The notes under the pieces: generated by a model
The model's input: only the letters and a program-made list of their open reading frames with translations
Told to the model about the DNA's origin: nothing
Database searches by the model: none
Shown here: positions 18,160-27,110 of the stretch, piece after piece
How the letters are laid out: the number at the start of each line of letters is the position of its first letter
Numbering within the stretch: the stretch's first letter is position 1
Program-made: the position numbers and the translations under genes
Source: Anaerolineae bacterium
GTDB lineage: Bacteria > Chloroflexota > Anaerolineae > S140-20
Direction of reading: 5' to 3'
Assembly: GCA_027021705.1 (NCBI GenBank)
Contig: JALUTT010000018.1
Location: 1-62,853 of the forward strand
Length of the DNA stretch: 62,853 nucleotides

Positions 18160-19203
18160 GTGAACCGGTCTCATCGCAGATCGTTGACGATCTCCTTCTT
18201 GGCCTTGCTCATCACTGCGCTCTTCCTGGGCTCTGGCGCGTCCGTTGCACGGGCCGACAACGGTCCTCATGGAGACTACACAGCGACGACCGATGCCTGC
18301 GCCGGTTGTCATCGGGCACACACGGCCGGCGCTCCTCGTCTGCTGCTCGACGACGTGCCCAATCTCTGTTACACCTGCCACGGCAGCGGCGGCAACGGCG
18401 CCGATACCAACGTCGTGGATGGCATCTATCTGGAGAGGGACCTGGACACCGAAGACCCCGCTGAGGGCATCGCTGGGCGGGGCTTGAAAGGTGGCGGTTT
18501 TGTCAACGCGCTGATGGATACGGATTGGGATGGCGCTGCCACCAGTGCACCGACCACGTCAAGCCACCTGGTAGACGGCAGCACCGGCACGGCGTGGGGC
18601 AATGGGGATATTGGCTCCGGCCCCGGGGCGACCATCCCCCTCTCGTGCACCTCTTGTCACGACCCGCACGGCAGGGCCAGTACCACCGGAGGGCCTACCT
18701 ACCGCCTGCTCCGCGCCATCCCCGTCAACTCGGGTGCGACCACGGGGGTAGATGTCGAAGATGAGGTGGATAAGGTCTACACCGTCTCCGACACCGCCCA
18801 GAAGTCCGGCAACCAGTATTTCGGCGAGGATTACGGAACCCAGGGGGACCAGCTCTCCGAGTGGTGTTCCCAGTGTCATACCCGCTACCTGGCCCCCGGT
18901 GGCAGTGGGAGCACCGACTCCGGCGATCCGATCTTCGCCTATCGCCACCTGACCCAAGGATCCCCCAGTTGTAGCCTCTGCCACGACGTCCACGGCGGCA
19001 CACTGCCGACCGGCGGGCCGATGTTCAGCCACGACGTGACTTGTGTGACCTGTCACGTTGCCCACGGCACCTCTGCCAGTATGGGAGGGTACGCCGAAAA
19101 CGTTGAATGGCCCGATGGTGCGACCGACCCCTCGGGGAACAACCGGAGTTCTCTTCTCCGGGTGGACAACCGGGGTACCTGCCAGTTGTGTCACGGGAAG
19201 TGA
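18160..19203 (+). CDS. OmcS-like heptaheme cytochrome c
   Basis: GTG start after AAGGAG; signal ending ARA; 7 CxxCH; LSEWCSQCH; close paralog of 16870-17928. Confidence 0.8.
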   Translation: MNRSHRRSLTISFLALLITALFLGSGASVARADNGPHGDYTATTDACAGCHRAHTAGAPRLLLDDVPNLCYTCHGSGGNGADTNVVDGIYLERDLDTEDPAEGIAGRGLKGGGFVNALMDTDWDGAATSAPTTSSHLVDGSTGTAWGNGDIGSGPGATIPLSCTSCHDPHGRASTTGGPTYRLLRAIPVNSGATTGVDVEDEVDKVYTVSDTAQKSGNQYFGEDYGTQGDQLSEWCSQCHTRYLAPGGSGSTDSGDPIFAYRHLTQGSPSCSLCHDVHGGTLPTGGPMFSHDVTCVTCHVAHGTSASMGGYAENVEWPDGATDPSGNNRSSLLRVDNRGTCQLCHGK

Positions 19204-19243
19204 TGGCTGACCGGATTCCCCACGACCTCCGGTAGGGGAGAGG

Positions 19244-22200
19244 TTGAAACGCAACGATGGGAACGGACGGACCAGCCTCAGGGAAAAGATGATGAAGCAT
19301 CCTCGCAACGGCACTCCATGGCAACCACGTACTCACAACAAGGAGCGGATCCGGCTTCTCAGAACGCTCCGCCGGAGCCACGCTCTCACCCGAATGGCCG
19401 TCCTCTCCCTGACCATCCTGGGACTGTACTTCTCCCTCCTCGTCGGTGGGGTGCCGACCATTGGGGCCGAGCAGGCCCCCACGGAGACCCCGACCCCTGA
19501 CATGGGTACGGTGACGGGGGTGCCCACCAGCGCTCCCTTGGACGAGGAAGACGGCACGACTACCGCCACGCCGACGGTGACCTCCACGCCGTTCATCACC
19601 CCGACGGCGACGCCGGCCTGGACCGCCACACCTCCGGTGACCCCCACGGAGGTCATCACGCCGACGGTGGTGTCTTCGACCCCTGTCCTCCCGACGGTCA
19701 CGCCCACCGAGCCCTTTACCCTGACGGTCCCCCCCTCAACGCCGGACACCCCAACCCCTGTGCCGACGGAGCCTATTACCCTGACGGCAACCCCTTGGCC
19801 GGTGGAATCGCCGTCGGCGACTCCAGTCTCCAGCCCCTCCGTTCCGGTGACCTCGACGGCGACGCCCACCGAGACGGCTGAGCCCACAGCATCGGTCACG
19901 CCAACGGTCCCGCCTGCTCCGTCGGCCACGCCGACGATCACCCCTACGCCTGCGGTCACCGTCACCGTGACCGTGACGCCCACGGAGACCACGGTGCCGG
20001 AGGTCTCGCCTACCGTCACGGTCACCCCGATCGTTACGCCAACGCCGGTGGCGTTCGAGGGTAGCTACGTGCCGGATGAGGTGCTCGTCCGCTTCCTGCC
20101 GTTGCCGCTCCCAGGGTTTTCGGCCACGACAGCGGCGGCCCTCGCCGAGACTCATAAGATCGAGGTGGAAGGCACTCTGAGCCGCCTGGGCGTGTGGGTG
20201 ATGAAGGTCCCACCGGGCCAAGTCGAGCAGGTTGTCTCGGACCTCCGGCAGGATCCGAGGGTCCTGTTCGCTGAACCTAACTACATCGCCCGAGCCTACC
20301 TCACCCCCGACGATCCCAGTTGGCCGCTGCAGTCCTACCTGTCGAACATCCAGGCCCCTCAGGCGTGGGATGTAACGACGGGATCGCCGGAGGTGGTTAT
20401 CGCGGTAGTGGACACCGGTGTGGACCTCACCCATCCCGACTTGGTGAACAAGATCTGGCACAACCTGGGGGAGATGGGGCTGGACGCCGAGGGCAACGAC
20501 CGGCGCACCAACGGCGTGGACGACGACGGCAACGGCTACGTGGACGACTGGGTGGGGTGGAACACCGTTGCCGGCACGGGTGATGTGCAGGATGACCACG
20601 GTCACGGCACCTATGTGGCCGGCGTGGCCGCTGCCGATACCAACAATGGGCAGGGGATCGCCGGGGTCTCCTGGGGGGCGCGGATTATGCCGGTAAAGGT
20701 GCTGGATAGCACCGGTTTCGGTACCTATGCTCAAGTGGCTGCGGGCATCATCTACGCCACCGACCAAGGGGCGCGGATCATCAATCTGAGCCTCGGGGGC
20801 ACGGAGCCCAGCGCCCTGCTCGAGGCTGCCATCGGGTATGCTGCCGCCCACGGCGTCACCGTGATCGCGGCCACCGGCGATTCGGGGACCTCGGGCGTGA
20901 GCTATCCGGCGGCCTATCCCAGCGTGATTGCCGTCGGGGCGACCGATGGTAACAATCAGATCGCCCCCTTCTCCACCTTCGGCGACGCGGTGGACCTGGT
21001 AGCCCCTGGGGTGGACGTCTACTCCACCTATCCGGGCGGTTACGCCCAGTTCTCGGGTACCTCGGTGGCTGCGGCCCACGTCTCGGGGGTGGCTGCCCTC
21101 TTGGCCAGCCTGCCGGCCTTCGATACCCCGGACAAGATCCGGGCGGCGCTGGAGGCGACGGCCCTCGACTTGGGGGAGCCGGGTTGGGATCCCTATTACG
21201 GGTTTGGTTTGGTGCAGGCCTACGATGCATTGACCCAGCCGCCCCCGGTTGGCCCGACGCCCACGCCCACCCCCACGGCGACGCCGGGGCCATCGCCAAC
21301 CCCGACGGCGACGCCGACGCGAGGGCCGACGCCCACCCCGTCGGGGGGTGGTGGTGTACGCGCTTTGGTCACCGAAGAGCTGTGGGCCACGGCACAGGAC
21401 TGTGATTATCCCATCACCGATCCGGCGAACAGCATTGACCTGGCCTTCAACGATCTGGTGGCCTCCTGCACGGGGGATTTTGGGAGGGACAGGACGAGTT
21501 GGACCTATACCGCCTTCCAAGATACGACGCTGGCTACCATCGTGATGGTAACGCTGGACGTGCGCTTCTACATGACGGGCTGGGTGGATGATCGCATTGA
21601 TCTGGAGATCTTCAACGGGGATCGCTGGTACCGGCTGGCCCGTTTCGAAGGTGGGGAGGAAACGCCGCCGGGGACGTTGACCACCCTTTCCTACGATGTC
21701 TCATCGTGGTTCACCACACCCGCCGAGGTCAATGCGGCTCAGTTGCGCTTCCGAGGGCGCAGGAGGAACGGCGGTACGGATACCATCACCATCTACCTGG
21801 ATGAGGCTCGCCTCAATGCCAGTGATGTGATTCCCACACCCACGCCGGCGCCGCCCCTACCGACGCCGACATCCCCGCCACCGGCGCCCACCGACGTGCC
21901 TATTGCCGGGGATCCTCACGTGGATTACAGCCCGACGACCGACAGTTGCGCGGCCTGCCACCGTTCCCACACCGCCTACGGCATGGTGCTGCGCCAGGCG
22001 TGGCCGGAAGAGGATCTCTGCTTCGGCTGCCATACCGATGGCGGCACGGGCACCAACGTCCAGCCGGCCTTCACCAGCTACACCAATACTTCCACCCGCA
22101 TCTTCAAGCACGACATCGCCGCCACCAATGGTGTCCATCGGATCGGGCAGACCACCGGTGCCGACTTCGGAGGAACCAGCCGGCACGTGGAGTGTGAGGA

Positions 22201-23065
22201 CTGCCACGAGCCCCACGAGGCCACCCGTGGTCCGTCCGATGCCCCGATGCTCCAGCGGGAGATGAACTACGCCTCGGGTGTGGATCCGGTCTGGACAGGG
22301 CCCGGTGCGCCGACCTCCTACGTCTGGCTGCAGCAGGCCGAGCGGGAGTATCAGGTCTGCTTCAAGTGCCACTCCAGCTTCACCACCCTCCCCACCTACG
22401 TACCTGACGGCTGGGATGGTAGCCAGTATGTGGCCGATGGCCTGCGCAAGCTGACCAGCACCGATCCCAACCAGGTGCTGGACAGCCGGGATATGGCCCA
22501 GGAGTTCAACCCTTACAACGCCAGCTTCCATCCGGTGGTGGCCCAAGGTCGGAACCAGTCCATCCCGGCGGGGAGTTTCGTCACCGGCTGGTCGCAGACC
22601 AGCATGGTCTACTGCACCGACTGCCACAGCAGTGCCGACCCCACTCAGGGGGATGGTCCTCACGGTTCTCCTCTGTTGCACCTCCTTACCGGCAATGGTG
22701 GGCAGACGAACTACGTCACAGCACCGGGGGGCTGGGTGACCATCACCAGCGATTGGGTCTGCTTCAAGTGCCACCGGTACGAAACCTACGTTTCAGGCAC
22801 CGACCCTTCCACCAACACCAACTTCCGCAGGGGCAACCGTAACCTGCACGAATTGCACTCCGACCGACGTAACGTGCCCGATGCCTCGTGCTATGCCTGC
22901 CACGACTCCCACGGCAGCGAGCAACTGCACCTGATCAACTTCGACGCGAGCTGGGGTGGGGGCATCACTTTCCTGAATGGCCGGAACAGCCAGACAGCCT
23001 GGACCGGCAACAGCTGCTACCTCGTCTGTCACGGCAGAGATCACTCCAACATCACGTATCCCTGA
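19244..23065 (+). CDS. S8 subtilase / octaheme cytochrome c fusion with Pro/Thr linkers
   Basis: Hydrophobic N-terminal segment; ~200 aa P/T tract; prodomain (YVPDEVLVRF..AEPNY); VVDTG, HGT, SGTS triad; C-terminal 7 CxxCH + CYLVCH. Start uncertain. Confidence 0.85.
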   Translation: MKRNDGNGRTSLREKMMKHPRNGTPWQPRTHNKERIRLLRTLRRSHALTRMAVLSLTILGLYFSLLVGGVPTIGAEQAPTETPTPDMGTVTGVPTSAPLDEEDGTTTATPTVTSTPFITPTATPAWTATPPVTPTEVITPTVVSSTPVLPTVTPTEPFTLTVPPSTPDTPTPVPTEPITLTATPWPVESPSATPVSSPSVPVTSTATPTETAEPTASVTPTVPPAPSATPTITPTPAVTVTVTVTPTETTVPEVSPTVTVTPIVTPTPVAFEGSYVPDEVLVRFLPLPLPGFSATTAAALAETHKIEVEGTLSRLGVWVMKVPPGQVEQVVSDLRQDPRVLFAEPNYIARAYLTPDDPSWPLQSYLSNIQAPQAWDVTTGSPEVVIAVVDTGVDLTHPDLVNKIWHNLGEMGLDAEGNDRRTNGVDDDGNGYVDDWVGWNTVAGTGDVQDDHGHGTYVAGVAAADTNNGQGIAGVSWGARIMPVKVLDSTGFGTYAQVAAGIIYATDQGARIINLSLGGTEPSALLEAAIGYAAAHGVTVIAATGDSGTSGVSYPAAYPSVIAVGATDGNNQIAPFSTFGDAVDLVAPGVDVYSTYPGGYAQFSGTSVAAAHVSGVAALLASLPAFDTPDKIRAALEATALDLGEPGWDPYYGFGLVQAYDALTQPPPVGPTPTPTPTATPGPSPTPTATPTRGPTPTPSGGGGVRALVTEELWATAQDCDYPITDPANSIDLAFNDLVASCTGDFGRDRTSWTYTAFQDTTLATIVMVTLDVRFYMTGWVDDRIDLEIFNGDRWYRLARFEGGEETPPGTLTTLSYDVSSWFTTPAEVNAAQLRFRGRRRNGGTDTITIYLDEARLNASDVIPTPTPAPPLPTPTSPPPAPTDVPIAGDPHVDYSPTTDSCAACHRSHTAYGMVLRQAWPEEDLCFGCHTDGGTGTNVQPAFTSYTNTSTRIFKHDIAATNGVHRIGQTTGADFGGTSRHVECEDCHEPHEATRGPSDAPMLQREMNYASGVDPVWTGPGAPTSYVWLQQAEREYQVCFKCHSSFTTLPTYVPDGWDGSQYVADGLRKLTSTDPNQVLDSRDMAQEFNPYNASFHPVVAQGRNQSIPAGSFVTGWSQTSMVYCTDCHSSADPTQGDGPHGSPLLHLLTGNGGQTNYVTAPGGWVTITSDWVCFKCHRYETYVSGTDPSTNTNFRRGNRNLHELHSDRRNVPDASCYACHDSHGSEQLHLINFDASWGGGITFLNGRNSQTAWTGNSCYLVCHGRDHSNITYP

Positions 23066-23223
23066 TGCGGGTTCGTTCCCAAGGCTTCCTGGAGGGATGC
23101 TTCTGCGTCCCCGGGGCTGGTCGCCGGACGCTTTCCCCAGAGGCCTCTCGGAGAGCGGTCGGCGGGCCGGGTAGGGCAAGACCTGCCCAGTGCACCCCCA
23201 GGGGGCGTTGAAGTGTCTACTGG

Positions 23224-26200
23224 ATGGTGGTTCCTATGGTGACTTCTGCGGTTTTCCTCACGCCTCGACGGCACATCCGGTCTCGGGGGAGGAGGCAGAT
23301 CAGACAGGGGCTGGGTCGGGGATTGCACCTTCTCGCTCGGGCCATCCTGTTGATGGCGCTGGTGACGACGATCATCCCGGTTCCAGGGATCTATGCGGCC
23401 ACCTTCGACGTGAATGACCCAAATGATGCCGGGGATACCTCTCCGGGCGACGGAATCTGTGACAGCGACGAGGCTTCCCCCGGCCCCCAGTGTACGTTGC
23501 GCGCCGCCATCGAAGAGGCCAACGCCCTGCCGGGTCCTGATACCATCAATCTGGCTGCGGCCGGCCCCTACTACCTGACCGAAGGCGTGCTCACGGTCAC
23601 CAGCGAGATCACCCTGAACGGCAACGGAGAGACCATCAGTGCAGGTGGGCTCTCCCGTATCTTTTTGGTGGAAGGGGATGGCGTGCTCTCGTTGGACGGC
23701 GTGACCCTTCGGGATGGTGTGGGGGATGAAGGTGGCGCGATCCACGTTCGACCGGGGGGAACGCTGTACATCTCGAACAGCGCCATCGTCAACAACGCGG
23801 CGGTCAACACGGAGTCCAGCTCTGGCGGCGGCATCAACAACTGGGGGGGCACGGTCACCATCGTCAACACCACCATCTCCGGCAACCGGGCCAACGCCGG
23901 CGGTGGTGGCATTGCGAACCTGACCGCTTACGAGGGGGGCAGCTTTGTTTACGGCACGATCACCCTGACCCACGTGACGATCACCGACAACATCGCCGAT
24001 TTCGACGGGTCCGATGGCAACAGTCACGATGGTGGGGGGATCTTCACCTTTGGGATGCTCAATGTCGGGAGTTCCATCATCGCCGGCAATGTGGACAATA
24101 GCCCCGCCTTAGGCACGGTCTACCCCGATTGTGTCAACTGGTATTACCTCACTACCCAGCAGTACAACCTGATCGGGGATAACACCGGCTGTGATGTACC
24201 GTACCCCGCCGACGACCCGACCAGCTACTTCCCGCCGGGCACCCCCAATGACAACCACGACTTCGTCGGTACCGGCGACGCGCCCCTAGACCCGCTGCTC
24301 GGCGATCTGACCGGCAACCCGGCCTATCACCCGCCCCTGGCCGGCAGCCTGGCCATAGACCAGATCCCCGCGGATGCCTGCTCGGTCACCAGAGATCAGA
24401 TCGGGACGCCTCGCCCCCAGGGGACGGCCTGCGACATCGGTGCTGTGGAGGTCGCCTCCCAGGTGGACCTGAGCATCACCAAGACGGTCACCCCCACCCT
24501 CCCCGTCGCGCCGGGCCAGAGGGTCACCTACACCCTCACCTTCAGCAACCAGGGCGAGGGCATCGCCCCTGAGGTCGTCATCACCGACATCGTTCCGGTG
24601 ACCCTGACCCACGTCAGCGTCATCAGCAGCGGCGTGACCGTGACGGATACCGGGGTGAGGCCGGGCTTTGTGTGGGGCGTGGAGGACCTCTCGCCGGGCG
24701 AGGGCGGGATCATCACCATCAGCGGTCGGATCAGCGAGAGCCTGATTGCCGCGACCATCTTCACCAACACCGCCGTCATCGCTACCAGCGCTCAGGATTC
24801 TGACGCCGACAACAACGAGGCCGCTGTGGGGGTGACGGTGATCCCCCACGAGTCCGAGTGGTCCGACTTTTGCCTTCTCCAGCGGATGGAGATCACGGGC
24901 ATCGGGATGGGAGATCGTTACGGTGCCATCAACCCCCAGACTATCTCCCTGTCCGATCCGGATGGGGTGAATTGGCTGTTGGTCCAGGTCGCCGGACGAC
25001 GAGCCTTTGGGGCACCGATCCCGGACCAGGTGGTCCTGACTCCCGATCGGCCCCCGTCGTTCACCCTCTACCAGCCTCACCGCAGCAGCCCACACGGCTA
25101 CACCTTTGAGGCGAACCTGCGCCCGACGAACCAGATCACGGCCTTCGTCAGCAACGTGGGGGAGGACTACAAGACGCCTCGGGGCCTGGTGCTGTACAGC
25201 AAGCGGGCTACTGTGGACCGCTGGACCTCCGTCGGCAGGACCGCCAACAAGTTCATCTACCGAGGATGGAAGGGCTCCCACACTGAGGTGCTGACCTTCC
25301 CGCCGTTGCAGAGCGCGACGGACCTCTTCGCCACCGCCGTGGTCATTGACAACGATGATGATGCCCGCCCGATTGTGGTCACGGCGGAGGCCGGAGGGGT
25401 GACCGACACCGTGAGCATCCTCGGTTCCTCGGACGGTCCGGGTCTGAACATCGTTCGCCTGGCCCTCCCCCAGGTACCCACCGGAACCCAGCAGATCAGC
25501 ATCACGGTCCAGTCGCCGACCAGCAACGGCGATTCGATGGTCCTGACGGGGGTAGACGTTAGCTTCTCGTGCGAGAGGCCAACCGGTGCGGTGGTGCGCG
25601 TCGAGCCCTCACCGGCGACGATCCCCCTGGGGGCGACCCGCTTGTTGACCGTGACGGTGGACCCCGGCTCGGCCCAGGTCAACGGTGTGCAGATCCACGG
25701 TCAGGTGGACCCCGCATACCTGCACCTGGTGGATGTCCGGCCCAGTGGGACCCTGACGGTGGAGCTGGACCCCGTGGCCTTTGACCCCACGACGGGGGAG
25801 TTCCGCTACGGGGCGAGCCTCCTCGACGGCGTCATCACCGAGCCCTTCCCGGTGCTGACCCTTGAGGTCCAGGCGGTAGCTCTCACCGATGGAACCTGGG
25901 TTAAGTTCCTCGACGAGCCCCCGCCGACCGACGTCAGCGGTCCCGACGGCAGCGTGATGAGCCAGGCCCAAGATGGGTTGGTCATCGTGACGCAGGCTCC
26001 TGTCCTCCGTGGATCGGTGGATATGCAGGGCCGTCCTCCCAAGCCTGCACCCCCCTGGGCGATCCCGTTGACGGTTTGGCTCTCACCGCCGGGGGATACG
26101 ACCCCGATCTACACCGCGACCGTCACCACCAACCAATATGGCGAATTCACCCTTGCCCTGGGCGATCTCCCCTCTGGTCCGTACGATGTCCGGTTGAAGG

Positions 26201-26985
26201 GCAACCATACCTTGCGCAACCTGGCTCCGGCGGTCCCTCTGGAGGTGGGGGATAACCGCTACTTCTTCGGCACGCTGTTGGAAGGGGATGTCGAGACGGT
26301 AGGCACCTTCAACTGGGTATGGTGGCCCGATGTCTGGGTGATGGCCGGCTCCTTTGGCCGATGTCGAGGGTCGCCGGGCTTCGTGGCCAACGCGGACCTG
26401 GACGAGAGTGGATGCGTGTGGTTACCCGACTTTGGCCTGCTGGCGGGCAACTTCGGCAAGGCCGGAGACATCGTCGTCACTCCCACGGTCACCTCCCAAG
26501 CGGTGTTGCGCCCGGCGGACGGTGGTGGACCGTGGTTGCTGTTCAATGCCGAAGAGGTGCAGGTTGCGGTCGGTGAGGTGGTGACCCTATCCCTCGATCT
26601 GGACCCCGAAGATCGGCCGACCAACGGTGTGATGGCCCAACTGCGCTTCGACCCCGATCTGGTCGAGGTGATGGACGTCACACTCACCGACCGCCTGCCC
26701 TTGGTCTTGATGGAACCGGTGGTGGACGACGAGCAGGGGACGGTGCGCTTTGCGGCGGGGGTTCTTGGTCGGACCCTCACCGAGCGGTTCACCGTTGCTC
26801 GCCTCACGGTAAAGGTGAAGGCAGCGACCACCGGGACGGCCATCGCGTTGGTGGATCTGCCCACCGCGACCGACGTCAGCGGTCCCGAGGGGCGCATTCA
26901 AGTGAAATGGAAAGGGGTGACGCTCAGGACGGAGGCCCAGGCATCGCCGGAGCATCTCCTCTACCTGCCCCTTGTGACCCGGTAG
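23224..26985 (+). CDS. CSLREA / choice-of-anchor Q / DUF11 / cohesin / dockerin-like surface protein
   Basis: CTLRAAIEEAN; GGGI beta-helix repeats; DQIGTPRPQGTACDIGAVE; DLSITK..VTYTLTFSN; two cohesin-like domains; ADLDESG.V...DF; C-terminal YLPLVTR. Confidence 0.8.
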   Translation: MVVPMVTSAVFLTPRRHIRSRGRRQIRQGLGRGLHLLARAILLMALVTTIIPVPGIYAATFDVNDPNDAGDTSPGDGICDSDEASPGPQCTLRAAIEEANALPGPDTINLAAAGPYYLTEGVLTVTSEITLNGNGETISAGGLSRIFLVEGDGVLSLDGVTLRDGVGDEGGAIHVRPGGTLYISNSAIVNNAAVNTESSSGGGINNWGGTVTIVNTTISGNRANAGGGGIANLTAYEGGSFVYGTITLTHVTITDNIADFDGSDGNSHDGGGIFTFGMLNVGSSIIAGNVDNSPALGTVYPDCVNWYYLTTQQYNLIGDNTGCDVPYPADDPTSYFPPGTPNDNHDFVGTGDAPLDPLLGDLTGNPAYHPPLAGSLAIDQIPADACSVTRDQIGTPRPQGTACDIGAVEVASQVDLSITKTVTPTLPVAPGQRVTYTLTFSNQGEGIAPEVVITDIVPVTLTHVSVISSGVTVTDTGVRPGFVWGVEDLSPGEGGIITISGRISESLIAATIFTNTAVIATSAQDSDADNNEAAVGVTVIPHESEWSDFCLLQRMEITGIGMGDRYGAINPQTISLSDPDGVNWLLVQVAGRRAFGAPIPDQVVLTPDRPPSFTLYQPHRSSPHGYTFEANLRPTNQITAFVSNVGEDYKTPRGLVLYSKRATVDRWTSVGRTANKFIYRGWKGSHTEVLTFPPLQSATDLFATAVVIDNDDDARPIVVTAEAGGVTDTVSILGSSDGPGLNIVRLALPQVPTGTQQISITVQSPTSNGDSMVLTGVDVSFSCERPTGAVVRVEPSPATIPLGATRLLTVTVDPGSAQVNGVQIHGQVDPAYLHLVDVRPSGTLTVELDPVAFDPTTGEFRYGASLLDGVITEPFPVLTLEVQAVALTDGTWVKFLDEPPPTDVSGPDGSVMSQAQDGLVIVTQAPVLRGSVDMQGRPPKPAPPWAIPLTVWLSPPGDTTPIYTATVTTNQYGEFTLALGDLPSGPYDVRLKGNHTLRNLAPAVPLEVGDNRYFFGTLLEGDVETVGTFNWVWWPDVWVMAGSFGRCRGSPGFVANADLDESGCVWLPDFGLLAGNFGKAGDIVVTPTVTSQAVLRPADGGGPWLLFNAEEVQVAVGEVVTLSLDLDPEDRPTNGVMAQLRFDPDLVEVMDVTLTDRLPLVLMEPVVDDEQGTVRFAAGVLGRTLTERFTVARLTVKVKAATTGTAIALVDLPTATDVSGPEGRIQVKWKGVTLRTEAQASPEHLLYLPLVTR

Positions 26986-27024
26986 CCTGCTCGAAGCCGA
27001 TCAGCCGTCTGCGCTCTTGCGAAG

Positions 27025-27055
27025 GGGGCGACCTCACGGTCGCCCCTGGCTTTTT
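27025..27055 (+). terminator. Hairpin / likely intrinsic terminator ending the cluster
   Basis: GGGGCGACC-TCAC-GGTCGCCCC followed by tggcTTTTT. Confidence 0.55.
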
Positions 27056-27066
27056 CTGCCCGGCTG

Positions 27067-27075
27067 TGATACAAT
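27067..27075 (+). promoter_or_regulatory. Extended -10 promoter
   Basis: TGA-TACAAT upstream of the glycoside hydrolase gene. Confidence 0.4.
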
Positions 27076-27110
27076 GGGAGGGCGAATCCACAAGTCAGCG
27101 AGCACGGCCT

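Noticed and set aside
6453..26985. MtrAB-type porin-cytochrome conduit, or an integrative element/prophage carrying the cluster
   Set aside because: No beta-barrel ORF, integrase, tRNA or att-like direct repeats seen
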